This document shows positions 52,801 through 63,941 of a stretch of 64,000 bases of DNA, piece by piece. The notes beneath the pieces were generated by a model, which saw nothing but the letters and a program-made list of their open reading frames with translations, was not told the origin of the DNA and made no database searches. The position numbers and the translations under genes are program-made. Position 1 is the stretch's first letter. Every line of letters starts with the position of its first letter. This stretch comes from a bacterium (GTDB lineage: Bacteria > Vulcanimicrobiota > Vulcanimicrobiia > Vulcanimicrobiales > SCRA01): contig SCQY01000356.1 in the NCBI GenBank assembly GCA_004298665.1, positions 17,485 through 81,484 of the forward strand, in the 5' to 3' direction.

Positions 52801-54291
52801 CTAAACGCTCCTGGCGGCGGGGGCGACGTCACCTTCCGTGGGCTCACAACTGACCGGAATCTCCGGCGTGAGCAGGTAAGACCGAGGCTGGTTTTCGGGA
52901 ACGGTCAGTGACAGCGGGTCAAGGATGCGGTCGAGGTCCGCTTTCGAAAGGAGCCCGCGGGAGAGCACGAGGTCGTACACCCGCGCACCCGTCTCCAATG
53001 CTTCCCGGGCGATTTCGGTCGCGTTGGCGTAACCAATGTATGGGTTGAGCGCAGTCACAATGCCTATGGAGCGTTCAACGCTCTCACGAAGTTGCTCACG
53101 GTTTGCCACGATGCCCCGGACGCAACGGTCTGCGAGCGTCTTGCAGCCTGCGGCTAGGTGCTGAATGCTCTTGAAAAGGCTGAAGGCGATGATGGGCTCG
53201 AACGCGTTGAGCTGAAGTTGCCCTCCTTCGGCGGCAAGCGTAATCGTGAGGTCGTTGCCGATGACCTCGAACGCAATTTGGTTCACCACCTCGGGGATGA
53301 CGGGATTGACCTTGCCGGGCATGATGCTCGAGCCAGCCTGCATCGGCGGCAAGTGAATTTCTCCCAAGCCGCAGCGCGGGCCTGACGAGAGTAGGCGGAG
53401 GTCGTTGCACGTTTTCGATAGCTTGACCGCGATTCGCTTCAGCACTCCCGAAAGCTGAACGAAGGCGCCGCAATCTTGTGTCGCTTCGACGAGGTTACCG
53501 GCCGTCAGGAACGCATAGCCAGTGTTCTCTCGTAAGCGGCGACAAACGATGGCCGCATAATCGGGATGCGCCGTAATACCCGTGCCGATAGCGGTTGCGC
53601 CAAGATTAATTTCGAGGAGCAGCATGCGTGCTTCGGCAAGCCGTGCCTCATCTTCTTGGAGCATGACGGCATAGGTGCTGAACTCCTGGCCAAGCGTCAT
53701 GGGGACGGCGTCCTGCAACTGTGTACGTCCCATTTTCAGCACGCTGCGGAATTCTTCGGCCTTCGACTCGAACCGGTGGCGCAGATATGCCATCGAACTC
53801 AGCAATTCGTCGATATAGAACTGAATCGCAAGCTTGATGGCTGACGGATATACATCGTTGGTGCTCTGACCAATGTTGACATGCTCGTTGGGGTGCAACC
53901 GTTTGTAGTCTCCCCGCACAGCGCCGAGGATTTCGAGTGCGCGGTTTGCGACGACCTCGTTCGCATTCATGTTGCTCGACGTGCCCGCTCCTCCCTGAAT
54001 CACGTCCACGACGAAATGTTCATGGTGCTTGCCGTTGATGATTTCCTTGCAGGCTTCGGCGATTGCATCCGTGCGCTCCTGGTCGATAAGTCCCAATTCC
54101 GCGTTGGCCTGGACAGCGGCCAGCTTTACTTCCGCAAGTGCGCGGACAAGGCCGCTGTACTGGCTGATAGGAATCCCACTGATGGGGAAATTCTCCACGG
54201 CTCGCAGCGTATGGACGCCGTAGAGAGCGGTGTATGGGACTTCACGGTCTCCCAGTAGGTCGTGCTCGATACGTACCTTTTCGGTTTGCAT
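52801..54291 (-). CDS. aspA: Aspartate ammonia-lyase
   Basis: Start MQTEKVRIEHDLLGDREVP. Signature GSSIMPGKVNPVIPE. Fumarase/aspartase family length. Confidence 0.9.
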   Translation of the reverse strand: MQTEKVRIEHDLLGDREVPYTALYGVHTLRAVENFPISGIPISQYSGLVRALAEVKLAAVQANAELGLIDQERTDAIAEACKEIINGKHHEHFVVDVIQGGAGTSSNMNANEVVANRALEILGAVRGDYKRLHPNEHVNIGQSTNDVYPSAIKLAIQFYIDELLSSMAYLRHRFESKAEEFRSVLKMGRTQLQDAVPMTLGQEFSTYAVMLQEDEARLAEARMLLLEINLGATAIGTGITAHPDYAAIVCRRLRENTGYAFLTAGNLVEATQDCGAFVQLSGVLKRIAVKLSKTCNDLRLLSSGPRCGLGEIHLPPMQAGSSIMPGKVNPVIPEVVNQIAFEVIGNDLTITLAAEGGQLQLNAFEPIIAFSLFKSIQHLAAGCKTLADRCVRGIVANREQLRESVERSIGIVTALNPYIGYANATEIAREALETGARVYDLVLSRGLLSKADLDRILDPLSLTVPENQPRSYLLTPEIPVSCEPTEGDVAPAARSV

Positions 54292-54621
54292 GTTTGTGTC
54301 TCCTGTGTTGGCTTGCGTGAAGCGCCTCGTCACCGTTCGTCGCTGCAGTATATTAGATAAATATCGAAAAATGGAACTAGTAATCGTCCCGAGCCGAGAT
54401 ATGTTGTAGGTGTTATCCCTAGCGTTGAACTCCCGTCACTCTCCCCCGTTTACCCATATCAGCCTTTATTAGTGGTGCAGACGCGGGCTGACCCGTCAGT
54501 TTTTGGCGTCGGTCGCGACATGATGTGTTCTTGACAATGGAATTTGGAAGACCAAAAATTGGAACAAATCGTCAGAAACGATGGCGTCAGATGCATGGCT
54601 TGACCTACTTGAGAGGAACGA

Positions 54622-55731
54622 ATGGACGTACGAGCAGCAGTTGCATTGAAGGCCGGGGCACCCCTGAGCATTGAGACTGTTCGATTGGAGGGCCCGCGCG
54701 CTGGGGAGGTCTTGGTTGAAATCAAAGCGACTGGTGTTTGTCACACCGATGCATTCACCCTGTCCGGTGAAGACCCGGAAGGGATGTTCCCGGCCATCCT
54801 CGGTCATGAGGGGGCGGGGGTTGTCGTCGAGGTGGGCGACGGAGTGAAGTCACTGAAGCCGGGAGACCACGTCATCCCCCTCTATACGCCCGAGTGTCGC
54901 CACTGTGAGTACTGTCTTTCGCGGAAAACCAATCTTTGTCAGGCGATTCGCTCCACGCAGGGCCGTGGCGTGATGCCGGATGGCAGCAGTCGTTTCAGCC
55001 TGAATGGCGAGCCTGTGCTGCACTACATGGGCACGTCGACGTTTGCAAACTACACCGTCGTTCCGGAAATCGCGCTCGCCAAGATTCGCGAAGACGCTCC
55101 GTTCGACAAAGTGTGCTACATCGGCTGCGGCGTGACGACGGGTATCGGCGCGGTCCTCTACACAGCAAAGGTCGAAGTGGGCTCCAAGGTTGTCGTGTTT
55201 GGCTTGGGTGGCATCGGCCTGAACGTCATACAAGGTGCTCGACTCGCCGGCGCGGACATGATTGTTGGCGTGGACATCAATCCCGCGCGCAAGGAACTGG
55301 CCGAAAAATTCGGCATGACCCACTTCGTCAACCCGAAGGAAGTCGACGGCGACATTGTCCAATATCTCGTTGGACTGACGAAGGGTGGCGCGGACTACAC
55401 ATTCGAGTGCGTCGGTAACACGACGCTGATGCGCCAGGCGCTGGAATCCTGCCATAAAGGCTGGGGCGTGAGCACTGTCATTGGCGTTGCAGGCGCAGGA
55501 CAGGAAATTTCCACCCGGCCGTTTCAACTGGTCACGGGACGTGTATGGAAGGGCTCAGCGTTCGGTGGCGCTCGCGGCCGAACGGACGTACCGAAAATCG
55601 TCGACTGGTACATGGAAGGAAAAATCAACATCGACGACCTCATTACCCACGTCATGCCGCTCGAACGCATCAACGAGGCGTTCGACCTTATGCATCAGGG
55701 CAAATCGATTCGTTCCGTCGTCACTTTCTGA
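54622..55731 (+). CDS. frmA: S-(hydroxymethyl)glutathione dehydrogenase / class III alcohol dehydrogenase
   Basis: [48 protein letters not shown], and GLGGIGL. 369 aa. Confidence 0.9.
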   Translation: MDVRAAVALKAGAPLSIETVRLEGPRAGEVLVEIKATGVCHTDAFTLSGEDPEGMFPAILGHEGAGVVVEVGDGVKSLKPGDHVIPLYTPECRHCEYCLSRKTNLCQAIRSTQGRGVMPDGSSRFSLNGEPVLHYMGTSTFANYTVVPEIALAKIREDAPFDKVCYIGCGVTTGIGAVLYTAKVEVGSKVVVFGLGGIGLNVIQGARLAGADMIVGVDINPARKELAEKFGMTHFVNPKEVDGDIVQYLVGLTKGGADYTFECVGNTTLMRQALESCHKGWGVSTVIGVAGAGQEISTRPFQLVTGRVWKGSAFGGARGRTDVPKIVDWYMEGKINIDDLITHVMPLERINEAFDLMHQGKSIRSVVTF

Positions 55732-55773
55732 CGTCGGCTTGCGCACGCTTACTCACTGCAACCAGGAACCTAA

Positions 55774-56370
55774 ATGGTCAAGCTCTACGATTTTGAACTG
55801 TCCGGCAGCTGCTACAAGATTCGCCTGCTGGCTAACTTCCTCGGCGTTAAGTACGAGGCGGTGACCGTGGATTTCGTGAACAAGGAACACAAGACTGACA
55901 AGTACACGTCGCTCAACCCGTTCGGCGAAATTCCAATTTTTGAAGACGGTGACCTGCGTTTGCGTGATGCGCAGGCCATCATGGTTTATCTCGCCGCCAA
56001 GTACGACAAGACGAATCAGTGGTATCCGAATACACCGGAAGCCATGGGTCGTATCAATCAGTGGCTGTCGACAGGCGGAGGCGAAGTAATGAACGCCGCC
56101 GGCGCGCGTCTCGTAAAAATCCTGAGTTACCCGTTGGACCTCGCCAAGCTGCATGCAGGCGCCAACCGTGTGTTCAAAATCCTCGACGACCATCTCGCCA
56201 CCCGAGAATGGCTCGAACTGGGTCATCCGACTATCGGCGACATCGCGTGCTTCCCTTACACCGCGCTGGCTGGTGAAGGTGGAATCGACCTGAAGCCGTA
56301 TCCGAACATCCTCGCTTGGATTGAGCGTATCAAGAAGCTGCCGGGCTTCATCCCGATGCCGGGCATCTAA
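55774..56370 (+). CDS. Glutathione S-transferase
   Basis: MVKLYDFELSGSCYKIRLL...NPFGEIPIFEDGDLRLRDAQAIMVYL is a GST N-domain, followed by a C-terminal helical domain. Confidence 0.8.
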   Translation: MVKLYDFELSGSCYKIRLLANFLGVKYEAVTVDFVNKEHKTDKYTSLNPFGEIPIFEDGDLRLRDAQAIMVYLAAKYDKTNQWYPNTPEAMGRINQWLSTGGGEVMNAAGARLVKILSYPLDLAKLHAGANRVFKILDDHLATREWLELGHPTIGDIACFPYTALAGEGGIDLKPYPNILAWIERIKKLPGFIPMPGI

Positions 56371-56457
56371 GCGGAGTTCCACCAACGGCCGGGGAGGAAT
56401 CCTACTCGGTCCGTACACGGCATGCCGGCATACGGCAACCTAGTCCTACGATGTGCC

Positions 56458-57300
56458 ATGAGCCTCGACCTTATCTCTAGTACGTGCTGTTTTGACGGCA
56501 CGCAGCGGATTTACTCGCATTGGTCCGAAACGTTGCAGTGCAATATGCGTTTCGGCGTCTTTTTGCCGCCGGCTGCGGAAGGCCGGCCTGTGCCTGCCAT
56601 GTTCTGGCTGTCGGGGCTCACCTGTACGGAACAGAATTTCATTACGAAAGCCGGAGCGCAGCGTGCAGCAAGTGCGCTTGGAATCGCGCTCGTCGTTCCT
56701 GATACAAGTCCGCGGGGTCCCGGAGTTCCGGACGACGAAGCCTATGACTTCGGCGTAGGCGCCGGCTTCTATGTCGACGCGATACGGGAGCCGTGGTCGA
56801 AGCATTTCCGCATGTACTCGTACATCGTCGATGAGCTCCGTTCCGTAGTAGCCAATCAGTTCCCCGTTGACATCGAACGCTTCGGTATCTCTGGGCACTC
56901 GATGGGTGGTCATGGGGCATTGATTATTGCGCTCAGGAATCCTTCACTATTCCGTACGGTGTCCGCGTTTTCACCCATCAGTGCGCCGATGCAGTGCCCT
57001 TGGGGGCAGAAAGCCTTAGCAGGCTATCTGGGAGGCGATGTGGATGAGTGGCGCAAGTACGATGCAGCGCAGTTGATGCTTGAGCACGGGTGGGCTGGCC
57101 CCGAGATTCTGGTTGACCAAGGGGAGGCAGACGAATTCCTCCACTCCCAGCTCAAGCCGGAGTTGCTTGCGGATGCGGCCGCGCATCTCAATGTCCCTTT
57201 GCGTTTGCGCCGCCAACTCGGCTACGACCATAGCTACTTCTTTGTTTCCACTTTCATTGGGTCACATCTCGAGCACCACGCCCGCTACCTCGGGGCATGA
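56458..57300 (+). CDS. fghA: S-formylglutathione hydrolase (esterase D family)
   Basis: Start MSLDLISST. WLSGLTCTEQNF, GHSMGGHGAL (nucleophile elbow), and GYDHSYFF. Confidence 0.9.
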   Translation: MSLDLISSTCCFDGTQRIYSHWSETLQCNMRFGVFLPPAAEGRPVPAMFWLSGLTCTEQNFITKAGAQRAASALGIALVVPDTSPRGPGVPDDEAYDFGVGAGFYVDAIREPWSKHFRMYSYIVDELRSVVANQFPVDIERFGISGHSMGGHGALIIALRNPSLFRTVSAFSPISAPMQCPWGQKALAGYLGGDVDEWRKYDAAQLMLEHGWAGPEILVDQGEADEFLHSQLKPELLADAAAHLNVPLRLRRQLGYDHSYFFVSTFIGSHLEHHARYLGA

Positions 57301-57371
57301 AACTGTCGGGCACTGACACTTCCGAGCCGAACGCTGGCTCCATCGCAGGTTTTCGTTGCAGGGTTTGCATC

Positions 57372-58673
57372 ATGAAGCGCAGTCGACTCTCCACCTGGAT
57401 TTTTATCGGTCTTATTGCGGGTCTCGCAGTGGGAGCTGTCGTTCACGGTGCTACGGGCTCACCCGACATCAACAAACAGGTCGCCGGATACCTGTCGATG
57501 CTGACCGATATTTTCTTGCGGCTCATCAAAATGATAATCGCGCCCCTGGTCTTTACAGGGGTCGTGGCGGGCATGAGACATAGCGAAGGGCCCGGCGAAG
57601 TGGGACGCATCGGGACGCGTGCCATCCTGTGGTTCATTGCCGCCTCAGTCATGTCCCTTGTCATTGGACTGCTTCTTTCGAACGTCATGGGGCTCGGCAT
57701 CGGTGTCGAACCGCCTCACGCTGGTGCTGCGGCGGAGGTCAGTACGGCCGCCTTCAGCCTGAAGAACTTCGTCTCTCACATCGTTCCCCAAAGTATCTTT
57801 CTCGCGATGTCTCAGAACGACATCATCGCGATACTCGTTTTTGCGCTGTTCTTTGGTTTCGCGACTTCGGCACTTGGAGCCAAGCAGCCGGCCCTTGCAG
57901 GTCTCTCGCTATCCATCGAGGGCGCCTTCAAGGTGATGTTGAAAGTAACCGACTATGTCATGCGATTCGCACCCGTTGGCGTCTTCGCAGCTGTCGCATC
58001 GGTTGTGACCGTGCAGGGCCTGGGCGTCGTCGTGACCTATGGCAAGTTCATCGGGGGCGTATACGCGGGGATGATTGTCCTCTGCTTGGTCCTCGTCGGC
58101 ATCGGGTTCCTTTTCATCGGTTCGGAAGTGTTCCGTCTTCTCGGATTGGTAAAAGAGCCAATGCTGATTGCCTTCTCGACCTCGAGCAGTGAAGCCACCT
58201 TCCCGAAGATGCTCGAGCAACTGGAAGAGTTTGGCATTTCCAATCGGATTGCAGCATTCGTACTGCCACTTGCTTATTCGTTCAACGCCGACGGCTCCAT
58301 GATGTATCAGGCGTTTGCATCGGTATTTCTATTGCAGGCGTATGGCATCCATATGTCGTTCGTGCAGCAGGTTGGCATGCTGCTGGTGATGCTCGTGTCG
58401 AGCAAAGGAATAGCGGGCGTGCCGCGAGCTTCGATTGTCGTTGTGGCAGCGACCTTGCCGCTCTTCGGCATTCCCGCTGAGGGTATCGCGCTATTGCTGG
58501 CGGCTGACACCTTCATCGACATGGGCCGCACTGTCACTAACGTGGTTGGTAACAGCGTTGCGACCGCTGTCGTCGCGAAGTGGGAAGCCAAGCGTGCCGC
58601 TACCAAGGGGGCGGAAGCCAATCAGCGGTCTGCGGGACACGTCGGGTCTGCAGCCAGCTCCAGCGGCAACTAA
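57372..58673 (+). CDS. Dicarboxylate/amino acid:cation symporter (DAACS family)
   Basis: Start MKRSRLSTWIFIGL. MIIAPLVFTGVV, FSTSSSEATFPKM, and VSSKGIAGVPRAS are DAACS hallmarks. Confidence 0.85.
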   Translation: MKRSRLSTWIFIGLIAGLAVGAVVHGATGSPDINKQVAGYLSMLTDIFLRLIKMIIAPLVFTGVVAGMRHSEGPGEVGRIGTRAILWFIAASVMSLVIGLLLSNVMGLGIGVEPPHAGAAAEVSTAAFSLKNFVSHIVPQSIFLAMSQNDIIAILVFALFFGFATSALGAKQPALAGLSLSIEGAFKVMLKVTDYVMRFAPVGVFAAVASVVTVQGLGVVVTYGKFIGGVYAGMIVLCLVLVGIGFLFIGSEVFRLLGLVKEPMLIAFSTSSSEATFPKMLEQLEEFGISNRIAAFVLPLAYSFNADGSMMYQAFASVFLLQAYGIHMSFVQQVGMLLVMLVSSKGIAGVPRASIVVVAATLPLFGIPAEGIALLLAADTFIDMGRTVTNVVGNSVATAVVAKWEAKRAATKGAEANQRSAGHVGSAASSSGN

Positions 58674-58734
58674 GATTGCACCTCGAATCACCGGCGACGA
58701 TTCGCAGCGGTTGTACATAGGACGATAAAAAGAA

Positions 58735-60531
58735 ATGATTGCGACTCTTAAAGGGCGGGTTGTTGCCGTCAGCATGGCAGTCACTGCGCTGGGCTTGGCG
58801 GCGGTGGCTGGCGTCATTCTTCTCACCACCCAACGCGGCGCAGATGCCACATTGGATTCGAATCTGAGGCAGCTCTCGCAGGCTAGCGCCTCGCAAATCG
58901 CCGACTGGGCGGCTAGTAAGGAGCGCGTCGTCCAGTCGCTTCTACCTGCGGTCTCGCAAAGTGACATTTCGCCCGAATTGAAAGCCGCCGCGGTCGCGGG
59001 TAGCTTCGATGACGTCTATGTCGGCTATGCGGACAAGCGAGCGACTTTTTTTCAAAAGCGCGAACGCCCGGCCGGTTACGACCCGACGAAACGCGGGTGG
59101 TATACCGGCGCCGTTGCTGCGATGGCGTCATTCATCAGTCAACCTTATGTTGGTGCTGGCAGCAAGAAGCTCACGGTAACCTTTGCGGTACCCGTTATTG
59201 AAGGTGGGAAGGTCACGGCCGTCGCCGCCGCCGATGTCCTCATGGGGTCTGTGCAAAAGACGTTGGCGGCAATCAAGCCAACGCCGTCCAGCGTTGCATT
59301 TCTCGAAAGTGCGGACGGCCTCGTCGTCGCGCATCCCGATGCCGCTGCTGTTTTGCATCCGGTACAAGATGTCTTCCCCGGTTTGACAGGGGAATTGCTC
59401 TCCACGCTGGTCCAATCCGAACGGAGCCAACAAGCATCGCTGAACGGTCATCAGGCTTTCGTCCTTGCTCGAACGGTCGAAGGCACGCCTTGGAGACTGG
59501 TCATCCTGGTCGACTTGGCAGAGGCGCTCAGCGCTGTTAATTCGTCTCGGCACGCGGCTCTTGTTATGGTTATCGTCGCGTTGTTCGTGACGGGACTGGT
59601 TCTCTTTCTGTTTCTCTCGCGCTCGATGCGTCGCCTTGACCATGTGCGAGATGCGCTCAGCAAGATTGCCTCGGGCGACGCGGACCTCACGAGGCGGCTG
59701 GAGGCGTCCGGGGGACGCGAGATTGAGGAGATTGCCTCTGCGTTCAACCGATTTGTCGACACCATCGCAAACGTCTTGCGTCAGGTGAAACACGCCGGTG
59801 AGCGGGTGATGTCAGGCGCAAGCCAGTTGGCAGAGGCAAACCAGGACCTTTCCGCCAGAACGGAACGTCAGGCGGCGGCACTTGAGGAGACCTCCGCATC
59901 GACTCAAGCACTGTCTGGAACCGTGACCCAGAACAGCCAGCACACGAGCGAAGCTGCGACCCTCGCGTCGTCCTCCATCGATTCAGCCGCTCGCGGACGA
60001 GACACGGTGCTCGGAATCAGCACGACGATGCTGGAAATCAATCAACTGACGGAACGCATCGGTGCGATTAGCGAGGCGGTCAACGGCATCGCAGCACAAA
60101 CCAACATTCTGGCGTTGAATGCCGCCGTCGAATCGGCGCGAGCGGGCGCAGCGGGGCGGGGGTTCGCAGTAGTCGCTGCCGAAGTCAGACAGTTGGCGCA
60201 GCGAACGTCCGAGTCTGCAAGGGAAATTTCGGTCCTGGCTACTGACGCGCGAGCAAGAGTCCGAAGCGCAGACGAACTGGTCGCCGCTGGCGTTGCAAGA
60301 ACCTCAGAAATCGCGGACAACGCAACCCATCTTTCTGAAATCCTATCGGGCATCGCGAGCGCGGGAAGCGAGCAGGCAGCAGGCCTGGACGAGCTCCGCC
60401 AGGCTTTGCTAGACCTCGACGACGTGACGCAGCAGAACGCGGCGCTCGTTGAAGAGTCGGCTGCTGCGACTGATGCGCTGGCTGAGCAGTCGGCACGGCT
60501 CTCCTCGGCCATCGGCGCATTCCGCATCTAG
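58735..60531 (+). CDS. Methyl-accepting chemotaxis protein (Cache-type periplasmic sensor)
   Basis: N-terminal TM segment, periplasmic Cache-like region ([12 protein letters not shown]), second TM segment, HAMP, and the highly conserved signalling hairpin [39 protein letters not shown]. Confidence 0.9.
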   Translation: MIATLKGRVVAVSMAVTALGLAAVAGVILLTTQRGADATLDSNLRQLSQASASQIADWAASKERVVQSLLPAVSQSDISPELKAAAVAGSFDDVYVGYADKRATFFQKRERPAGYDPTKRGWYTGAVAAMASFISQPYVGAGSKKLTVTFAVPVIEGGKVTAVAAADVLMGSVQKTLAAIKPTPSSVAFLESADGLVVAHPDAAAVLHPVQDVFPGLTGELLSTLVQSERSQQASLNGHQAFVLARTVEGTPWRLVILVDLAEALSAVNSSRHAALVMVIVALFVTGLVLFLFLSRSMRRLDHVRDALSKIASGDADLTRRLEASGGREIEEIASAFNRFVDTIANVLRQVKHAGERVMSGASQLAEANQDLSARTERQAAALEETSASTQALSGTVTQNSQHTSEAATLASSSIDSAARGRDTVLGISTTMLEINQLTERIGAISEAVNGIAAQTNILALNAAVESARAGAAGRGFAVVAAEVRQLAQRTSESAREISVLATDARARVRSADELVAAGVARTSEIADNATHLSEILSGIASAGSEQAAGLDELRQALLDLDDVTQQNAALVEESAAATDALAEQSARLSSAIGAFRI

Positions 60532-60749
60532 GCAACTGCTCGGGGGCGGCGCCAGCCGTCGCCGAGCGATTGATGCCGCCCTTTTATTGCAGTGAAACGT
60601 TCCGTAAAACGGAACTAAGAGTTTCCACTAATCGGGATTTATTTGACTTTAAGTTTTTGGGGAGCTTTAATTTCCACACGGGGTTGTTGAGGACGCTGAC
60701 TTCCTGCAGGGACTGCAAACCCGGTTCGACCATCTTGTGAGGTGACCAA

Positions 60750-61643
60750 ATGTTGAAGAAGTTGGCTGTAAAGGCGGTGCTGGTGAGCGCGGGATGTGTG
60801 GCTGCCACGTCGGCATTCGCAGGCGCGACCCTGGACCAAATCAAGAGCAGCAAGGAAATCACGCTGGGGTACCGGGACGCATCGGTTCCATTTTCTTATA
60901 TAGACCAGAACCAAAAACCGGTTGGATTCTCGCTTGACTTGTGCGCCCACGTGGTGGACGCCTTGAAGCAAACGCTGGGGCTGCCTGCGCTCAAAGTGCA
61001 TTATCTGGCTGTGACTGGCGCGAACCGTATCCCACTCATCCAGAACGGTACCGTGACCATCGAGTGCGGGGGCACGTCGAGCAGTGCTCAGCGTCTGCAG
61101 CAGGTGAGCTTCTCTGTTGCAACGTTTGTCAGTCATTCGAAGTGGCTGACGAAGAGTGACAGCGGCATCAAGAGCGCCGCTGACCTGAAGGGTAAAACTG
61201 TCGTTGTTACCCAGGGCTCGAACGCTGTTCAGCTCGCCAAGGAGGTTAGCGACAAGGATGGGCTTGGCCTGAATATCGTCCAAGCGCACGACCATGCCGA
61301 GTCGATGCTCATGCTTCAATCAGGCCGGGCGGCAGCGTTCATGGAAGACGACATTCTTCTCGCGGCGAAGAAGGCCGAGGCTACAAATCCGACTCAGTAC
61401 AAGTTTCTGCCGGACTCGTACAACACGTTGGCCTACGGTCTGATGATTCCGAAAAACGCCCCGGAACTGAAAGCCATCGTGGACAAGGCCTTGTCCAGCC
61501 TGATGGCATCCGGCGAGTTCACGAAGATTTACGACAAGTGGTTCGAGCAGCCGATTCCGCCGAACAACGTCAATCTGAATTTCCCCATGTCGACCGACCT
61601 TAAGGAGCGTGTGGCTCATCCGAGCGACAAGCTTCCGGCTTGA
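60750..61643 (+). CDS. Amino-acid ABC transporter substrate-binding protein (Glu/Asp GltI-like)
   Basis: Signal peptide, then TLGYRDASVPFSYIDQNQKPVGFSLDLC... (type 2 PBP family 3). Confidence 0.85.
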   Translation: MLKKLAVKAVLVSAGCVAATSAFAGATLDQIKSSKEITLGYRDASVPFSYIDQNQKPVGFSLDLCAHVVDALKQTLGLPALKVHYLAVTGANRIPLIQNGTVTIECGGTSSSAQRLQQVSFSVATFVSHSKWLTKSDSGIKSAADLKGKTVVVTQGSNAVQLAKEVSDKDGLGLNIVQAHDHAESMLMLQSGRAAAFMEDDILLAAKKAEATNPTQYKFLPDSYNTLAYGLMIPKNAPELKAIVDKALSSLMASGEFTKIYDKWFEQPIPPNNVNLNFPMSTDLKERVAHPSDKLPA

Positions 61644-61672
61644 CACGGACTTAGGCGTTGGGGAGAACGAAC

Positions 61673-62398
61673 ATGAGCTTCCTTTTCAACCAGACAACGG
61701 ACGGGAGCACATACTTCAGTTGGCTGATGTCAGGCCTGCTGTGGACGCTGTTCCTGTGGGTGACCTCCGGAGTGGCTGCATTTGCACTTGGCCTAATTGT
61801 TGGCTCGTTCCGCACGGCGCCGTCGATGGCGTTGCAGCTTATCGGCCGATGCTACGTACAGGTATTCCGGAACATTCCGCTCATCGTCCAGGCGTTTCTC
61901 TGGTACTTCGTTCTCCCCGAAGTTGTCCCCCGGCCATTAGGCGACTACATCAAGTCCGTGGCACCGCCGTGGGCGAGTTTCGTGCCTGCGGTGATTGCCT
62001 TGAGCTTGTATACAGGGGCCCGCGTAGCCGAGCAAATTCGGGCCGGCATCAAGGCACTCCCGGAAGGTCAATTGAAGGCTGGCCATGCTTTGGGCATGAG
62101 CACTTTCCAGTGCTATCGCCTCGTCCTAATTCCGCAGGCGTTACGTATTACTGTCCCGACGTTGACGAGCGAAACGCTGGGTCTCCTGAAGAATACCTCC
62201 GTCGCACTGACGATTGGATTGCTGGAGCTGACCGCACAGGCTCAGCAAATCAACGAGTTCACGTTCAACACTTTCGGCTCATTCGGCAGCGTGACGGTCA
62301 TCTATCTGGTGACGGCCCTCCTGGTCTATCAGGTTGCCGCGCTTATTGAGCGACTCGTTGACATCCCAGGAAGCCGCGTCACGGTCTCGCGAGGCTGA
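61673..62398 (+). CDS. Amino-acid ABC transporter permease (GltJ-like)
   Basis: ATG 61673 follows gggaga. EAA-type loop is ARVAEQIRAGIKALPEGQLKAGHALGMS. Confidence 0.85.
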   Translation: MSFLFNQTTDGSTYFSWLMSGLLWTLFLWVTSGVAAFALGLIVGSFRTAPSMALQLIGRCYVQVFRNIPLIVQAFLWYFVLPEVVPRPLGDYIKSVAPPWASFVPAVIALSLYTGARVAEQIRAGIKALPEGQLKAGHALGMSTFQCYRLVLIPQALRITVPTLTSETLGLLKNTSVALTIGLLELTAQAQQINEFTFNTFGSFGSVTVIYLVTALLVYQVAALIERLVDIPGSRVTVSRG

Positions 62399-62408
62399 GG
62401 AGCTAATC

Positions 62409-63134
62409 ATGCATTTCGACTTCATGGCCATAGCGCGTGCGATGCCGTTCTTGATGAACGGTCTCGCTTTCACGGTTCAACTGACTGTGGTCGCATGTTT
62501 GGGCGGGCTAGTGCTCGGCACAGGCATGGCAATTATTCGCCAGTTGGACGTACCTGTAGCGGCGCGAATCGTGAACGGCTACGTCACTCTGATGCGCTGC
62601 ATCCCGTTAATCCTGGTACTTTTTTGGTTCTTCTTTCTCGTCCCACTGGTGCTTGGCTACTTGTCGGGCTCAGGCAGGCCTATTCCGCTAGGGCCGAAAA
62701 ATACCGCATTCGTAACCTTCACGATGTTTGAAGCCGCTTACTACGCGGAGATTGTGCGCTCAGGATTCAAGGCTATCCCCAAGGGCCAGTATGAAGGCGC
62801 AAAGGCTCTCGGCCTGTCCACCGCGACGATGTATGCGTCAGTGATAATTCCTCAGGTGCTCAGTGCGACGGCGCCGATTATTGTCACGCAGACCATCATC
62901 CTTTTTCAGGATACCGCTCTCGTATACGTGCTTTCGCTTGACGACTTCCTTGGGGTCGCGGCGAAGATTGCGCAACGCGATTCGAAGTTGGTCGAGTTCT
63001 ACTCTTTCGTAGCGGTCGTCTATTTCATTCTTTGCTCCGCTGGCTCCGAGCTTGCCGAACGGCTGCGCAAGAAGGCGCCGAACACGGTACGCAGAGTGAA
63101 ATCGTTCCGCGTTCTTGGTCTCCCCCGTCCTTGA
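62409..63134 (+). CDS. Amino-acid ABC transporter permease (GltK-like)
   Basis: Start MHFDFMAIARAMPFLMNGL. EAA loop is AYYAEIVRSGFKAIPKGQYEGAKALGLS. Confidence 0.85.
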   Translation: MHFDFMAIARAMPFLMNGLAFTVQLTVVACLGGLVLGTGMAIIRQLDVPVAARIVNGYVTLMRCIPLILVLFWFFFLVPLVLGYLSGSGRPIPLGPKNTAFVTFTMFEAAYYAEIVRSGFKAIPKGQYEGAKALGLSTATMYASVIIPQVLSATAPIIVTQTIILFQDTALVYVLSLDDFLGVAAKIAQRDSKLVEFYSFVAVVYFILCSAGSELAERLRKKAPNTVRRVKSFRVLGLPRP

Positions 63135-63161
63135 GCAGTCGCGCAAGTGCAGAGGTTCAAA

Positions 63162-63941
63162 ATGAACACCGAAGCAGCAACAACCAACGAAATCATCGTC
63201 ACCGTCTCGGGACTGAAAAAGAGCTACGGCGACCACCGTGTGCTCGACGGCGTGAGCCTGAACGTCAAACGCGGGGAGCGAATTGTTATCTGCGGGCCAT
63301 CGGGTTCGGGCAAGTCGACGTTTATCCGCTGCATTAACGGCCTGGAGACATTCGAGGCCGGAACCGTTGCGGTCCAGGACCTGAAGACCGGTTCACAACT
63401 TACGAAGCTGCCGGATATCCGGCGCGAGGTTGGAATGGTTTTCCAGAGTTTCAACCTCTTTCCGCATATGACCGTTTTGCAGAACTGCATGCTTGCACAA
63501 GTCAAGGTGCGCGGGGAGCAGAAGAGCGTAGCGCGCGACCGTGCCATGCACTTTTTAGAGAAGGTCCGCATTGCAGAGCAGGCAAACAAATACCCCGGGC
63601 AGCTCTCCGGTGGGCAGCAGCAGCGTGTCGCCATCGCCCGTGCTCTATGCATGAGGCCTTCGGTCATGCTCTTTGACGAGCCTACTTCCGCACTCGACCC
63701 GGAGGTCGTCCAGGAGGTTCTCGACACTATGGTTGCACTCGCGAAGGATGGCATGACCATGCTTTGCGTGACTCACGAGATGGGTTTCGCGCAAAAGGTC
63801 GCCGACCGCGTGATTTTTATTGACCGCGGAAACATTGTCGAAGAAGCGCCGCCCTCCGAGTTTTTTAACTCGCCAAGGCATGAGCGGGTCCGAGCCTTCT
63901 TGAGTCGCGTCCACGGTCACGACGAACCGGTTGCTGCTTGA
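63162..63941 (+). CDS. Amino-acid ABC transporter ATP-binding protein (GltL-like)
   Basis: GPSGSGKST (Walker A), [15 protein letters not shown] (signature), [11 protein letters not shown] (Walker B). Confidence 0.9.
   Translation: MNTEAATTNEIIVTVSGLKKSYGDHRVLDGVSLNVKRGERIVICGPSGSGKSTFIRCINGLETFEAGTVAVQDLKTGSQLTKLPDIRREVGMVFQSFNLFPHMTVLQNCMLAQVKVRGEQKSVARDRAMHFLEKVRIAEQANKYPGQLSGGQQQRVAIARALCMRPSVMLFDEPTSALDPEVVQEVLDTMVALAKDGMTMLCVTHEMGFAQKVADRVIFIDRGNIVEEAPPSEFFNSPRHERVRAFLSRVHGHDEPVAA

Noticed and set aside
54850-56418. 225-aa and 221-aa reverse ORFs
   Set aside because: Antisense to frmA and to the GST gene respectively, both of which have unambiguous family signatures.
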